Below, piece by piece: positions 26,398 to 37,762 of a stretch of DNA of 64,000 nt. Made by a program: the position numbers and the translations under genes. Where the stretch lies: contig CM039004.1 in assembly GCA_017499595.2 (NCBI GenBank), positions 310,001 through 374,000 on the forward strand, written 5' to 3'. Below the pieces are notes generated by a model. That model worked only from the letters and a program-made list of their open reading frames with translations, was not told the DNA's origin and ran no database searches. The stretch is from Psilocybe cubensis. Its lineage: Eukaryota. Position 1 is the first letter of the stretch. Each line of letters starts with the position of its first letter.

Positions 26398-27109
26398 ATG
26401 GCAACGGTGGCGGGTACACGACTCACAGGCCCAAGATAAGATCAAAATATATACCGTAAGTGTTCTGTTCCCTCACAAGTAAACAATCTGACAAGTACCT
26501 TGGCACTTTTCACAGGTGCGAGATGTGCTCCAGCGCGAACCTGCAGCGACTGTAGGGAACGAGGGAGTCATCGAGGGTTGAGCCGGAGGACATAGGTGAT
26601 GCGTCAGCGCTCACCTTTTTCCTTCCGGCTTATACTACCGCGATATCGATGGCCGGGTGCGTGGGAATTCCGCGCACACCGTCCGCGATGGCTCGAGAGC
26701 TCTATAAAAGGCGTCTTCGAAGCAAAATTTAGTCGGATAGGGGTGTTTTGGTAGGATTGAGATCAAATTAGCACGCAATAAATATATTTGATTTATAACT
26801 TCCAATCCCTTTCTTTTTGATGTATATGCAATTTGAAGTCTAGCATTAGACATCCCCGACCTCAAACTAAAACTCATGAAATTTGGGATCTTCACGCGTG
26901 TTCTCCTTCACACATTTGAACCCGAACACCAATACCATGGCCTCCATCCTACCCTATTTGTGAACCAGAATATACATGTACAAACTGTCCTCTCCAATCG
27001 AAGACAGAGTCTGAAGTTGCGTGCCATAGGCACTTACGCTCTGAATTTTCTCATTTTTGCCCTACCCTGTGTTGCTTTCTGTTGGCACAGGAGCACTTCA
27101 GAAACGAAG

Positions 27110-27357
27110 TTCGGCGGTCTCATTGACGGGATTGGTATTTTCACGGCAGACCCCGCACCACTCGTATATAACAACCGGCTCTACGTTTTCCTGGACCATG
27201 ACAATGATGGGGCCACCCATTTTAACATGACCGATTGGCGCCTCTTCTCGACGGTGGATATGGCTAACTGGCAGTGTCATGGGTCTTTCCTAAGCCTTGC
27301 ATACTTATCTTGGGCAGACGAAAATGCCTGGGGTCCCCAGGTAATCCCATGAAACAA
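27110..27357 (+). pseudogene. GH43 5' fragment
   Basis: [55 protein letters not shown]...WGPQVIP* is a copy of 16791-17080 with a short deletion and a CGA>TGA stop, joined to GH43 3'-flank sequence. Confidence 0.95.
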
Positions 27358-28603
27358 AAAGTTCTAGTTCTTCTAGATGGAAAACTACGCACGCACATGT
27401 ACTTTTTGCTGAACACACTTGAAATTGTATTTGAATATACGTTTTTTTCATGAAATTGCCTAAAAGCGAAATATATATACATGATGTTAGCTCAAATAAA
27501 CCTCTAATCCATTCCATCAAGGTACATACTGCCTTTCCCAGTCAGGGAATACCTTAATTCACACATTCGTCTAGTTTAGAGAGTCGAATATATCAAATTT
27601 TTATTGATTTTCGGGACCAGCATTTCAACACTTGCATTTAATTCAAGTAACCTAGAACAGTCACCACGTGCATATCCAAGATTATTCAGAAGACCCCATA
27701 TCTTAGCCTAACATAGACTGAAAGTGGAGGATCCCGCACCGTCCCGACTCGTAACACAACTCACCAAGTACACATACGGCAGGGTGCCCTCCTCCGTCCC
27801 TATCTGGAGTCGATTGGTCTCTCTTAGAGAGTTTTGGTGGTTGTTGAAGAAGTGGATGTAGACAGTACGTACAGCGACGTTTCCACAAAATATAACCTGG
27901 TTTAACTCACTTTCCTCATCCTCACTCCCTTCCCATGCATTCATTTTCTCAGGGGTTCTCCTTCATTGCTTTGCTCATCTCTCGGCACCCTTGCATGTAA
28001 GTCATCTAATCCCTCTTCGTAGTCTCCAGAGCCAGCGTGTCGCGTCCCTGAGATAGACAGACCCAAGACAGTGGTGAACTCACTCACCCATTCATTTACA
28101 CGCCATTTCAACATCATACCACGAGCCCTCTTGCTCTCAACATTAGGCAAGTCAGATTTCTGCGACTCGGCTAACCGCTGTCTTTGTGGTTTCCAACGCA
28201 AGCGCGTCGTCTCCCAGAGTGTTATACACAAAATTCGTTGGCAAGAAATGTTGAGGCCCAATAAACAGAAAACACGGCACTCTGCCACGAGGCTAAAGAA
28301 AAGACTATGTTTCTTGCGATGAGGCATTGTGGTGTCCCAAATCCGAGTGGCGGAAAATAAGAGGAGTTATATTGCCTCATTGTGTGTATGTGTGGGAGAA
28401 AAGGTGATTTTGACAGTTGCAGCGCTGATGAACGACTAAATAGTGAGTCAGAAGATCGAGACTCGGCACTGGTTAATGAGCCTGGGATTTTTTTGTGTGT
28501 GTCGCCACTCAATTCCTATGTTTTGAGGGAAAAATCTGTTCCTTCCCTCCTCACACCGTTCTCTCTCTGCCCTATCGCACCATCCTCCTTTGCGCTTATC
28601 CCA

Positions 28604-30141
28604 ATGGCCCAGTACCAACAAGAATCCTTTGTCATCCCTTCCAACACCATTCTTCCTGGATCCTTTACTTCTTTCTTTGAATCAGACTGTGAGTATCCCA
28701 GTCGGTTTTATGGACAAAAGCTTGATCCTAATCGAATCTTCATGCCATAGTAGGACCGGAAGCACTCTTGGAACAGCATCTGGCACCGGAATCAAACGAT
28801 GATGAATCTCTACATCAACTCCAATGTGGTCCAAGTACGGTAGTAGAATCACCCGATTCGCATATTCCGTTATCCATGCCGTTTTCTGGCTTCGAGGGTC
28901 AAAATCCGGGCACATCTGAGTTTTTCTGTGAGTCTTTTAATTGAATACACTAGAAAGAGATGTCTAACAGCATACCGATTTTAGCCTCATATCCTCCTCC
29001 ATCAACATTGCCGACTAATAATACCTCAGTATTCCATCCTACAACTGAAGAGGAGATACGGTTGTTGGATTCATTGTACTCTTCTTATCCCTACACGGAG
29101 GAAGAGATATTGGGGGAGAATAGTTGGAAAGGTGAGCCGGTTTCACAACAATTTCATTGTTGATTATACACATAACTGATCACACTCGTCAGCGGGCACC
29201 CGTGCGTCCCCCCAGGCACACACTGAATCTGGGTGGGACACTTTTCCCCAAGACTCATTGTGGCCAACGAACCGCGCCCCAGTATTTTGGGGCGACTATC
29301 CGTCTTCCTCTATGGAAGCTTTGACGTTCCCCGCCACAAACGAGTATTTGCGCTCGATGCCAGGCCCCTCAACATTGTAAGCATTTACTGAATATCAACT
29401 TCACACATGCTAAACATATGTAAACATTATAGGCCTGGCACGGATGATCTGTACGCGACTGCTAATGTCGAAACTAGCATCCAAAATCATCGGCCTTTCA
29501 TGCCAGTGTCCCACTTTGGGACCTCTACTAATCAATATGGAAACGACTACCAGACCTGTATGTCCTGATACATCGTAGTTTGGGGATTTTAGACTCACGA
29601 TTCTTTCTATGCTTTTCTTTGATGTAGTCTCAAATACTATTGGAGAAGGTTTAGATAACAATATCAGATCCACAGGCGAACAGCAAACTGTCGATGATCA
29701 ATGCTCCGGGGATCACCCTGTCGAGCACGATTACAGTGAGCGCAACGCACATGGAAGGTATGTGTACCTGCCCCTTCTCCAGGAGTAGACGTTGACCAGA
29801 ATTTCTAACATCAAAAACAGCGCGTTCCAGAGGTATGTGGTCATTGAAATTTTATGTCCTTTAGAATGAAGGGAGATGTTTCCCATAGCGGTCTATATGG
29901 ACTTAACAATGCCTCGGAGTGGCTACCCGGGGCATATGAATCCCTCGAAGAGGAAGTACCGAACACCAATGCAGGTACATGGACGGACGAGTCCATTGTG
30001 CCGGAGCAGCCGGCTCCAAGCACCTCCCAGGTACAAGGCCACATACCCAGTTGTATGGGGGGCCTTGGTGTCAGCGTCACACGCGAACGCAAGAGGAGGA
30101 AGGAAAAGGGGTTCCGGTTCGTCAATCTAGCTGCTAGCTAG
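28604..30141 (+). CDS. Orphan repeat-unit gene, copy 3: intact 8-exon ORF
   Basis: Same exon structure as copy 2. Exons 4-5 are diverged but stop-free, with a shifted in-frame acceptor. Confidence 0.72.
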
Positions 30142-33015
30142 ATGGCGACGGTGGCGGGTACACGACTCACAGGCCCAAGATAAGATCAAAATATATACCG
30201 TAAGTGTTCTGTTCCCTCACAAGTAAACAATCTGACAAGTACCTTGGCACTTTTCACAGGTGCGAGATGTTCTTCAGCGCGAACTATGGATCGAGGGAGT
30301 CATCGAGGGTTGAGCCGGAGGACATAGGTGATGCGTCAGTGCTCACCTTTTTCTTCCGGCTTATACTACCGCGATATCGATGGCCGGGTGCGTGGGAATT
30401 CCGCGCACACCGTCCGCGATGGCTCGAGAGCGCTATAAAAGGCGTCTTCGAAGCAAAATTTAGTCGGATAGGGGTGTGTTTTGGTAGGATTGAGATCAAA
30501 TTAGCACGCAATAAATATATTTGATTTATAACTTCCAATCCCTTTCTTTTTGAGGTATATGCTATTTGAAGTCTAGCATTAGACATCCCCAACCTCAAAC
30601 TAAAACTCATGAAATTTGGGATCTTCACGCTTGTTCTCCTTCACACATTTGAACCCCAACACCAATACCGTGGCCTCCACCCCACCCTATTTGTGAACCA
30701 GAATATACATGTACAAACTGTCCTCTCCAATCGAAGACAGAGTCTGAGGTCGCATGCCATACGCACTTACACTCTGAATTTTCTCATTTCAACACTTGCA
30801 TTTAATTCAAGCAATTTAGACCAGTCACCACGTACATCGAAATATCGAAGATTATTCAGAACGCCCGTATTTTAGCCTAACATAGACTGGAATTCAAGGA
30901 TCACGCACCGTCCCGACTGGAGACACAACTCACCAACTACACATACGGCAGGCTGTCCTCCAACGTACCTATCTGGAGTCGATTGGTCTCTCTTAGATGT
31001 TGGAAGGGTAGATGTGCCGGATAGTATGTACATCGACGTTTCCACAAAATATAAAAAGAGGCCTGGTTTAACTCACTTTACTCATCCTCACTCCCTCCCC
31101 ATGCAGTCATCTTCTCAGGGGTTCTCCTTCATTACTTTACACATCTCTCACTAGCACCCCTGCTTATAAGCCATCTAATCCCTCTCTTCGTAGTCTGCAG
31201 AGCCAGCGTGTCGCGTCCCAGAGGTAAGCAGGCCCCAAGACAGTTGCGAACTCACTCTTAGGAAAGTCGGATGTCCGCGACTCGGCCAACTGCGTTCTTC
31301 GTGGTTTCCAGCGCAAGTGCATCGTGTCCGAGAGGCAAGCAAACCATGGTGGGGTGAATGAAAGGGCCGCCTTAATCGACGTCTACTCGTCTGAAGGTTA
31401 ACACATTCGAAGCGGCACCGAATTCCGATTCGTCAACGCTCCAATAAAAGGTGGGAGGTCCTGCTAGACAGTGAAACACAACGTGTCATGGAAAGTTAAA
31501 CAAGCAATGACACGACCAACTTGCTTCGATCAGTGTCGCTGGTCTGTATGGTGAAGCATGAGCGCGAGTGGTGGGATTCTAGGTGACTATGCAACTCGCG
31601 CTGTCCAACAGCGGTCCAGAAAGCATCCGAATCGGATTAACCCGTGCTGAGAACCAAAAGTGTATTATGTAAGTATAGTCAGAACGGCCTTCGGCTAGAT
31701 ATGCCGGCTCCGACTCGTGCTTGAAAGTATCGTGCCTGCACTTAGGCCGCATTGCACAAGTTCGGACAAGGCTATGGGAGTCTCGCACTTCCTCATGCAA
31801 ATAGAGGCTTCGACCGACGAGACCTCCCTGGGACATCGCGACGCCTAAAATATAGCGGTAGCACGGATCAAACGGAGTCGTGTGTAGTATTAATAATAAT
31901 AGCAGAGGCCAGCTGGATGGCGGTCAAAATGAAAATCGTAGGTTGACTGGCCTTTGTGAATTATTGAACATTATGGATCCATTGGAAGTTTCAGAATACT
32001 TGTATAAAGCAGTGAGTGCCTGGATATCTTGGTACCAATGGTGGTGTGTGTGTGAAGTAGCACTCGTGACTACGTGAAGACGCCCTCGCTCAGAATATTT
32101 GATAGACGCTGATATGTGAATCCAATGACGGCATCGGATCTATGTTTAAACAGAATAAAGAAATTGTGAAGTTGTTGATACGCCTTTTATATGCTGACTG
32201 GCTCGCAAAAAGACGTATCTCTTGAACGAACATCCTGTATGCCGTTCTTACAGGCCCCGTCTGACACCTGATACCCGTATAAACCCGAGAAATGTGATAA
32301 GACGGAGTGATCTAGCCTGGGGAGTAGTATGGTGGTATACCTTACACGCGTGTTCCTTCCGTACACAGAGTAATACAGTGTGCATCGTCCAATAAGATTT
32401 TAGTATCTTTGAGGGGGTAAGAAGGAATTCGGTAGCAGATTCTTGTGATAATGATCCTGTACCGGTCTTTTTTTCACACATGAAATAAGAACAATGGATA
32501 CCATCGCCGAAAAGAAATATTCTTCTTCTCGTTTAGGCATAGTGCCTGCGCACTTGCGATAGTAATCGATGGCACTCAACAGACCTAGGATACACAGTCG
32601 TGATGGATGTAACAACAACTAATCTATGTTATCTGTGATACACAAAATCTGTTGGGAAATGTCGAGGCCCAATAAACAACAGACAGGTCGCTCGGCCACG
32701 AGGTTAAAAGAATGACTGTGCTGCTTCCATGAGGTTCCATTGTAGTGTGGCGGGAAATAAGAGGAGGTATTTTGCCTCATGATCACCTCACTGTGTGTAT
32801 GTGTGGGAGAAAAGTTGATTTTGACAGTAGCAGCGCTGATACACGACTGAATAATGAGTCAGAAGCTTGAGACTCGGCACTGGTTAATGAGCCTGGGATT
32901 TTTTTGTGTATGTCGCCACTCGATTCCTTTGTTTTGAGGGAAAAATTCGGTTCCTTCCCTGCTCACACCGTTCTTTCTCTTTCCTATCGCACCATCGTCC
33001 TTTGCGATTACCCCA

Positions 33016-35002
33016 ATGGCCGAGTATTACCAAGATGTATCCTTTGATATCCCTTCGAGCACTTTTCCTCCTCAATCCTTTGCTCCCCTGTTTGAATCGG
33101 AACGTGAGTATCGCAGACGGCTAAACAACTCTTGATGTTGATCGACTCCTCATACAATCGTAGCACCAAAATCATTCCTTGAACAGTTTCTGGCACAGGA
33201 ATCCAGCGATAATGCATATTTACCTCCATTCCAATGTAGTTCAAGTACGGCTTATCCCAATGGCCCAGTACCAAGACGTATCCTTTGATATCCCTTCGAA
33301 CACCTTTCCTCCTCAATCCTTTGCTTCCCTGTTTGAATTGGAATGTGAGTATTGCAGACGGTTTTATGAGCAAATGCTTAATGTTGATCGACTCCTCATA
33401 CAATCGTAGCACCAAAATCATTCCTTGAACAGTTTCTGGCACAGGAATCCAGCGATAATGCATACCTACCTCAATTCCAATGTGGTTCAAGTACGCTTAT
33501 CCCAATGGCCCAGTACCAAGAAGAATCCTTCAATATTCCTTCGAACACTTTTCATCCAGGATCCTTTTCTTCCTTGTTTGAACCAGAATGTGAGTATTGC
33601 AGACGATTTTAGGGAAAAACGCTTGATGTTGATCGATTCTTCATGCCATAGTAACACCTGAATCACTCTTGGAACAGCTTGCGGCACAGGATTCGGATGA
33701 TTATACATCTGTACATCAATTTCAATGTCGTCCAAGTACGGTGGAAGCATTATCGGACTCGTATATCCCAATATCCACGTCTTTATCCGGTTTGACGGTC
33801 AAAGTGTTGGTGGGGAGCCTGTCTGTAAGTCTTTTGAGTTGAATATACTAGCAAGGGATGTCTAACTGAATACCGATTTTAGCGTTCTATCCCCCTACAT
33901 CAGGATCATCGACTAATGCCCCCACATTCCATCCCGGTGCGACTGAAGGAGAGGTACAGTTATTTGATCCATGGTACCCTCCTTATCCGTACACGGAGGA
34001 AGAGCTACTAGGGCAGAATAGCTGGCAAGGTGAGCTGATTTCACAACAGTTTTATTCTTAATTATACGCATAACTGATCACACCCGTCAGCGAGCACCCG
34101 TGCGTCCCCCCCGGCACACACTGATTCGGGGTGGGATACTTTGCCACAATACTCGTCTTGGCCAACAAACCGCGCACCGGTATTTAGGGGCGACTATCCG
34201 TCTTCCTTTATGGAAGCTTTGGCGTTCCCCGCCACAAACAAGGATGTGGGCTCGATTCCAATCCCCTCAATATCGTAAGCATGGGTTGCATATCAAAGGC
34301 GTCTGTTAATGAGGTCCAAACCAGCATCCACAATAGTCGGCCTTTCACGCCGCAGTCCTCCTTTCAAAACTCAAGTAATCAGTATGCAAACAACTACCAA
34401 ACCTGTATGTCCTGAAATACAGTAATTTTGGCCCTATTGACTCATGATTCCTGCTATTCTTTTCTTTGATGTAGTCCCAGATACTATCGGAGAAGGTTTA
34501 GGTAACACTAACATATCCACAGGCGAACAGCAAACTGTCGAGGATCAATGCTCCGGGGATCATCCTGTCGAGCACGATCACACTGAGCGAAACGCACATG
34601 GAAGGTATGTGTACCAGTTCCTTCTCCAGCAGTAGATGTTGACCAGAATTTTCAACATACAAAGCAGTGTGTTCCAGAGGTATGTGGTCATTGAAATTTT
34701 TTGTCCTTTAGAATGAAGGATTCTGACGAGACGTTTCCCATAGCAGCCTATATAGCCAGAACAATGCCTCGGAGTGGCTACCCGGGGCATATGAATCCAT
34801 CGAAGAGGAAGTACCACATACCTACGCAGGTACATGGACGGACGAGTCCATTGCACCGGAGCAGCCGGCTCCAAGCACCTCCCAGGTACAAGGCCATGTC
34901 CCCAGTTGTATGGGGGGACTTGGTGTAAGCGTTACACGTGAACGCAAGAGGAGGAAGGACAAAGGGTTCCGGTTCGTCAATCTAGCTAGCAGGCTAGATT
35001 GA
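33016..35002 (+). pseudogene. Orphan repeat-unit gene, copy 4 (most diverged; exon 1-2 module triplicated; 1-nt frameshift near 33791)
   Basis: ATGGCC(C/G)AGTA module at 33016, 33260 and 33505. GGTTTGACGGT lacks one base relative to the frame used by the other copies (could be a homopolymer assembly error). Confidence 0.65.
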
Positions 35003-36049
35003 CAATGGTGGTGGGTACACGACTCACAAGCCGAAGATAAGATCAAAAACAATACCGTAAGTGTTCTGTTCCCTCACAAGTAAACAATCTGACAAGTACC
35101 TGGGCACTCTTCACAGGTGCGAGATGTTCTTCAGCGCGAACCTGCAGCGACTGTAGGGAACGAGGGAGTCATCGAGGGTCGAGCCGGTAGACAAAGGTGA
35201 TGCGTCAGCGCTCACCTTTTTTTCTTCCGGCTTATACTACCGTGATATCGATGGTCGGGTGCGTGGGAATTCCGTGCACACCGTCCTCCATGGCTCGAAA
35301 GCGCTATAACAGGGCTCTTCGAGACAAACTTTTGTTGGATAGAGGTGTTTTGGTAGGATTGAGATCAAATTAGTACGCAATAAATAGATTTCTTTTATAA
35401 CCTGCAATCCCTTTCTTTTTGAGATATTTTCTATTTCATTAACATCATTTCACTGGCAAGTTCCAATAAGTCCCATTCGTTCCTCTTAGCAAATAAATTA
35501 CTCATTATATTAGGCACCCCCAATATCAAACTCGAAGTCCCGCTCATTCTCCTTCACATATCTGGGAACCCCAACATTTGACATTGCCTCCATCCTACCC
35601 TATTCATTATTTTTTCAAGTCATATCATCTGCAGAAAAAGAAAAAATTTAGTAGTGCTATGGTTGTATAATAGGCTGGGTAGTCTTGTTGACTGCCCCCC
35701 TATTTTATTGCTCCTGTAGCTTCCTACCAAAAGTCAGTAGATTCTGTAGATTTCTTAGTCATATATGTAGCTTTTGTAGTCTTCTGTAATTTTAATAAAT
35801 AGTATAATATTAATCTATAGGTACTACATTGCTAACTATATATTTTTATGCGCAATTTAATATTGAGTAAAAATCATTAATAGGACAGTTGGTATCATTA
35901 ATATCTTTATTAGCCATTCTACTCCGTCCAATTAGCTGACTTTGGATAGTAAGCCTCCATCCAGTCTAACAACATATTATACCTCTATCTAACTCTCTTC
36001 AACTTGTCTACTATCAGAATCTGTTAAGTAAATAACAACAGAAAAGATA

Positions 36050-36120
36050 TGGTTAGGACTAGAATCGAACCAATGACTCCCAAGTATGTTGCCAATACTT
36101 TACCACTGAGCTATATGACC
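36050..36120 (-). pseudogene. tRNA-like sequence (degenerate) inside the TIR element
   Basis: Reverse complement GGTCATA-TAGCTCAGTGGTAAAGT...GGTTCGATTC...TAACCA, 71 nt, with A-box, B-box and TTTT downstream; stems partly mismatched. Confidence 0.7.
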
Positions 36121-36305
36121 TATAAATAGATTGAGAGTTATATGTCAATATCCACTATTGAATCCATTATTTGGACTCTGTGTTGTGTTTGTTAACATTG
36201 ACATTAGTATTGTTGTTATTCCACTTATTCTATTCCATCTAATTCCATATCATAAAATCCCATAACTCAATTGACATTTACGCTATAGTCCATATTGTTT
36301 TGTAA

Positions 36306-36377
36306 AGTCTTATGGTCTACTGGTTAAGGACAGTCTATTTTTGGCTAAGGTTGACGGTTCAATCCTTGAGCAGGCCA
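36306..36377 (+). pseudogene. tRNA-like sequence (degenerate) inside the TIR element
   Basis: AGTCTTA-TGGTCTACTGGTTAAGGAC...GGTTCAATCC...CAGGCCA, 72 nt, with A-box and B-box, followed by TTTATTT. Confidence 0.65.
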
Positions 36378-37762
36378 TTTATTTCGCTCGCAGACTACAA
36401 AGTCTATAAGTATATTGTAAGTACTACTGTATGTTGCATGGGCCTTGATTATATAGTTTCCATAAATTACTGTATATTGTGAATACAATGTATTAAACCT
36501 ATGTAATGAAAATATATTAGATAATGATGTTATGTAAGGCTACTAAGTGCAAAAAAGGCTACTGGAAAGTGTGGTTACTACGGTGTCTACTGTAATATAG
36601 GTGTGTACTACTGAAAAAAACCTTTTCCGCTGATGATGTAACTTGAGAATCAGAATATACGCTTACAAACTACTCTCTGGAAACACACTCTGAGGTCGCG
36701 TGCCATACTCACTTACTCTCTGTTGCATTTCATTCTGCCTTGCGTTGCTTTCTGTGTCCTCACGGATATTTCAGAGACGAATTTAGATAGCTGCCTGTAT
36801 TATATTGGTTAGCCGGCTGACCCTCTGCGGCCTGAGAGCTCAGGCAATACTCGGACATAGTCACACAAGATTACCAAAACTGTAGGAATCACTGACAGAA
36901 GCAAGACCTGATCTTATGAGGTTGCCCTTCACGCCTCATTGATACCTCGATAATCGCACATCCATTTAAAATTGAGTTTCTTTCATGACAACGTGAGTCG
37001 AAATCGCGAAGTTTGAGTACTCTAGAGCCAAATCATCCATTTTCAGTTTCAGAATGAAGATGATATGTGATTTTACTTACTTCTAGTGAGCTCAACGCTG
37101 CAATTACGGTGAGAAATCAGACTGATACCTATCTTGATGTTCAATTTGTCAATAATATGTTTCTCCTTCACTTAGCGTTCGGGCTTTGGTAATCTCAACG
37201 AGCTCTCATGGATCCTCGGATCCATACCTATGCTTGAATAAAGAGCACGAGATACAATTGAGATAGTTTTGCACAATTCAATCCACTGCATTGTTTCAAG
37301 TTAAAGAAGCAAGTGGACTCAGCCTGAGGAAGAATTCTCTTTCAAATGACCTGGTCATTATGACAGATAAACCGCATCTCCTCCGGGACTCTCCACCCTG
37401 AAAAGTAGGGCCAGGAACGATCCAGTGGAAACACCTGAGGACGGCACAACAGCGGCACCCTCATATCCACAGGAAATGGTCCGATATTTTGCCATTTTCG
37501 GCCTAAAATCAGCTCAAAACCTAACAATCCCTTTGTTTAACTTGGGGTTAATCGAATCCCTTTCACCTCCCTTTCAACATCACCTCCCTTTTGTTTTTTT
37601 GTCCCTAGAATAAAAGCCTGACTCCATGCCACCTATCAAAATTCATTTTCTTCCGCAACTACAACAGGTACGCGTCCTCCCAGGTCAAGATGCATTTTGG
37701 TTATTCATCACTCGCTATAGCACTTACTATAATCAAGGAACTTCAAATCTGTATCGTAAGAT

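Larger units (their letters stand above)
35616..36645. mobile_element. Non-autonomous TIR DNA element (~1030 bp, AT-rich, no ORF)
   Basis: Interrupts a block that is contiguous in the other three units (CCCTATT|..GAACCAGAATATAC). Imperfect ~40-bp TIRs: left CAAGTCATATCATCTGCAGAAAAAG..TAGTAGT, right (reverse complement) CAAGTTACATCATCAGCGGAAAAGG..CAGTAGT. Repeated GTAG motifs on the left and CTAC on the right. Confidence 0.85.
16791..36780. repeat. Tandem segmental amplification, four units (about 16791-22230, 22231-27109, 27110-30789, 30790-36780) with unit-specific deletions
   Basis: Near-identical blocks recur in order: CGCACCGTCCCGACT block (~18620, ~22600, ~27735, ~30905), ATGGCCCAGTACCAA gene start (20926, 24887, 28604, 33505), GAACGCAAGAGGAGGAAGG block (~21460, 26341, ~30085, ~34940). 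Junction TTCAGA.ACGA|TTCGGCG at 22231 and 27110. Confidence 0.95.

Noticed and set aside
18400-35600. Array as an autonomous transposon (LTR, Helitron) or CRISPR-like array
   Set aside because: No transposase, RT, integrase or Rep/helicase motifs; units are kb-sized with spliced host-type genes, and there are no short regularly spaced repeats.
36050-36377. Functional tRNA genes
   Set aside because: Acceptor and anticodon stems are mismatched and anticodons cannot be assigned, so they are reported as tRNA-like relics.
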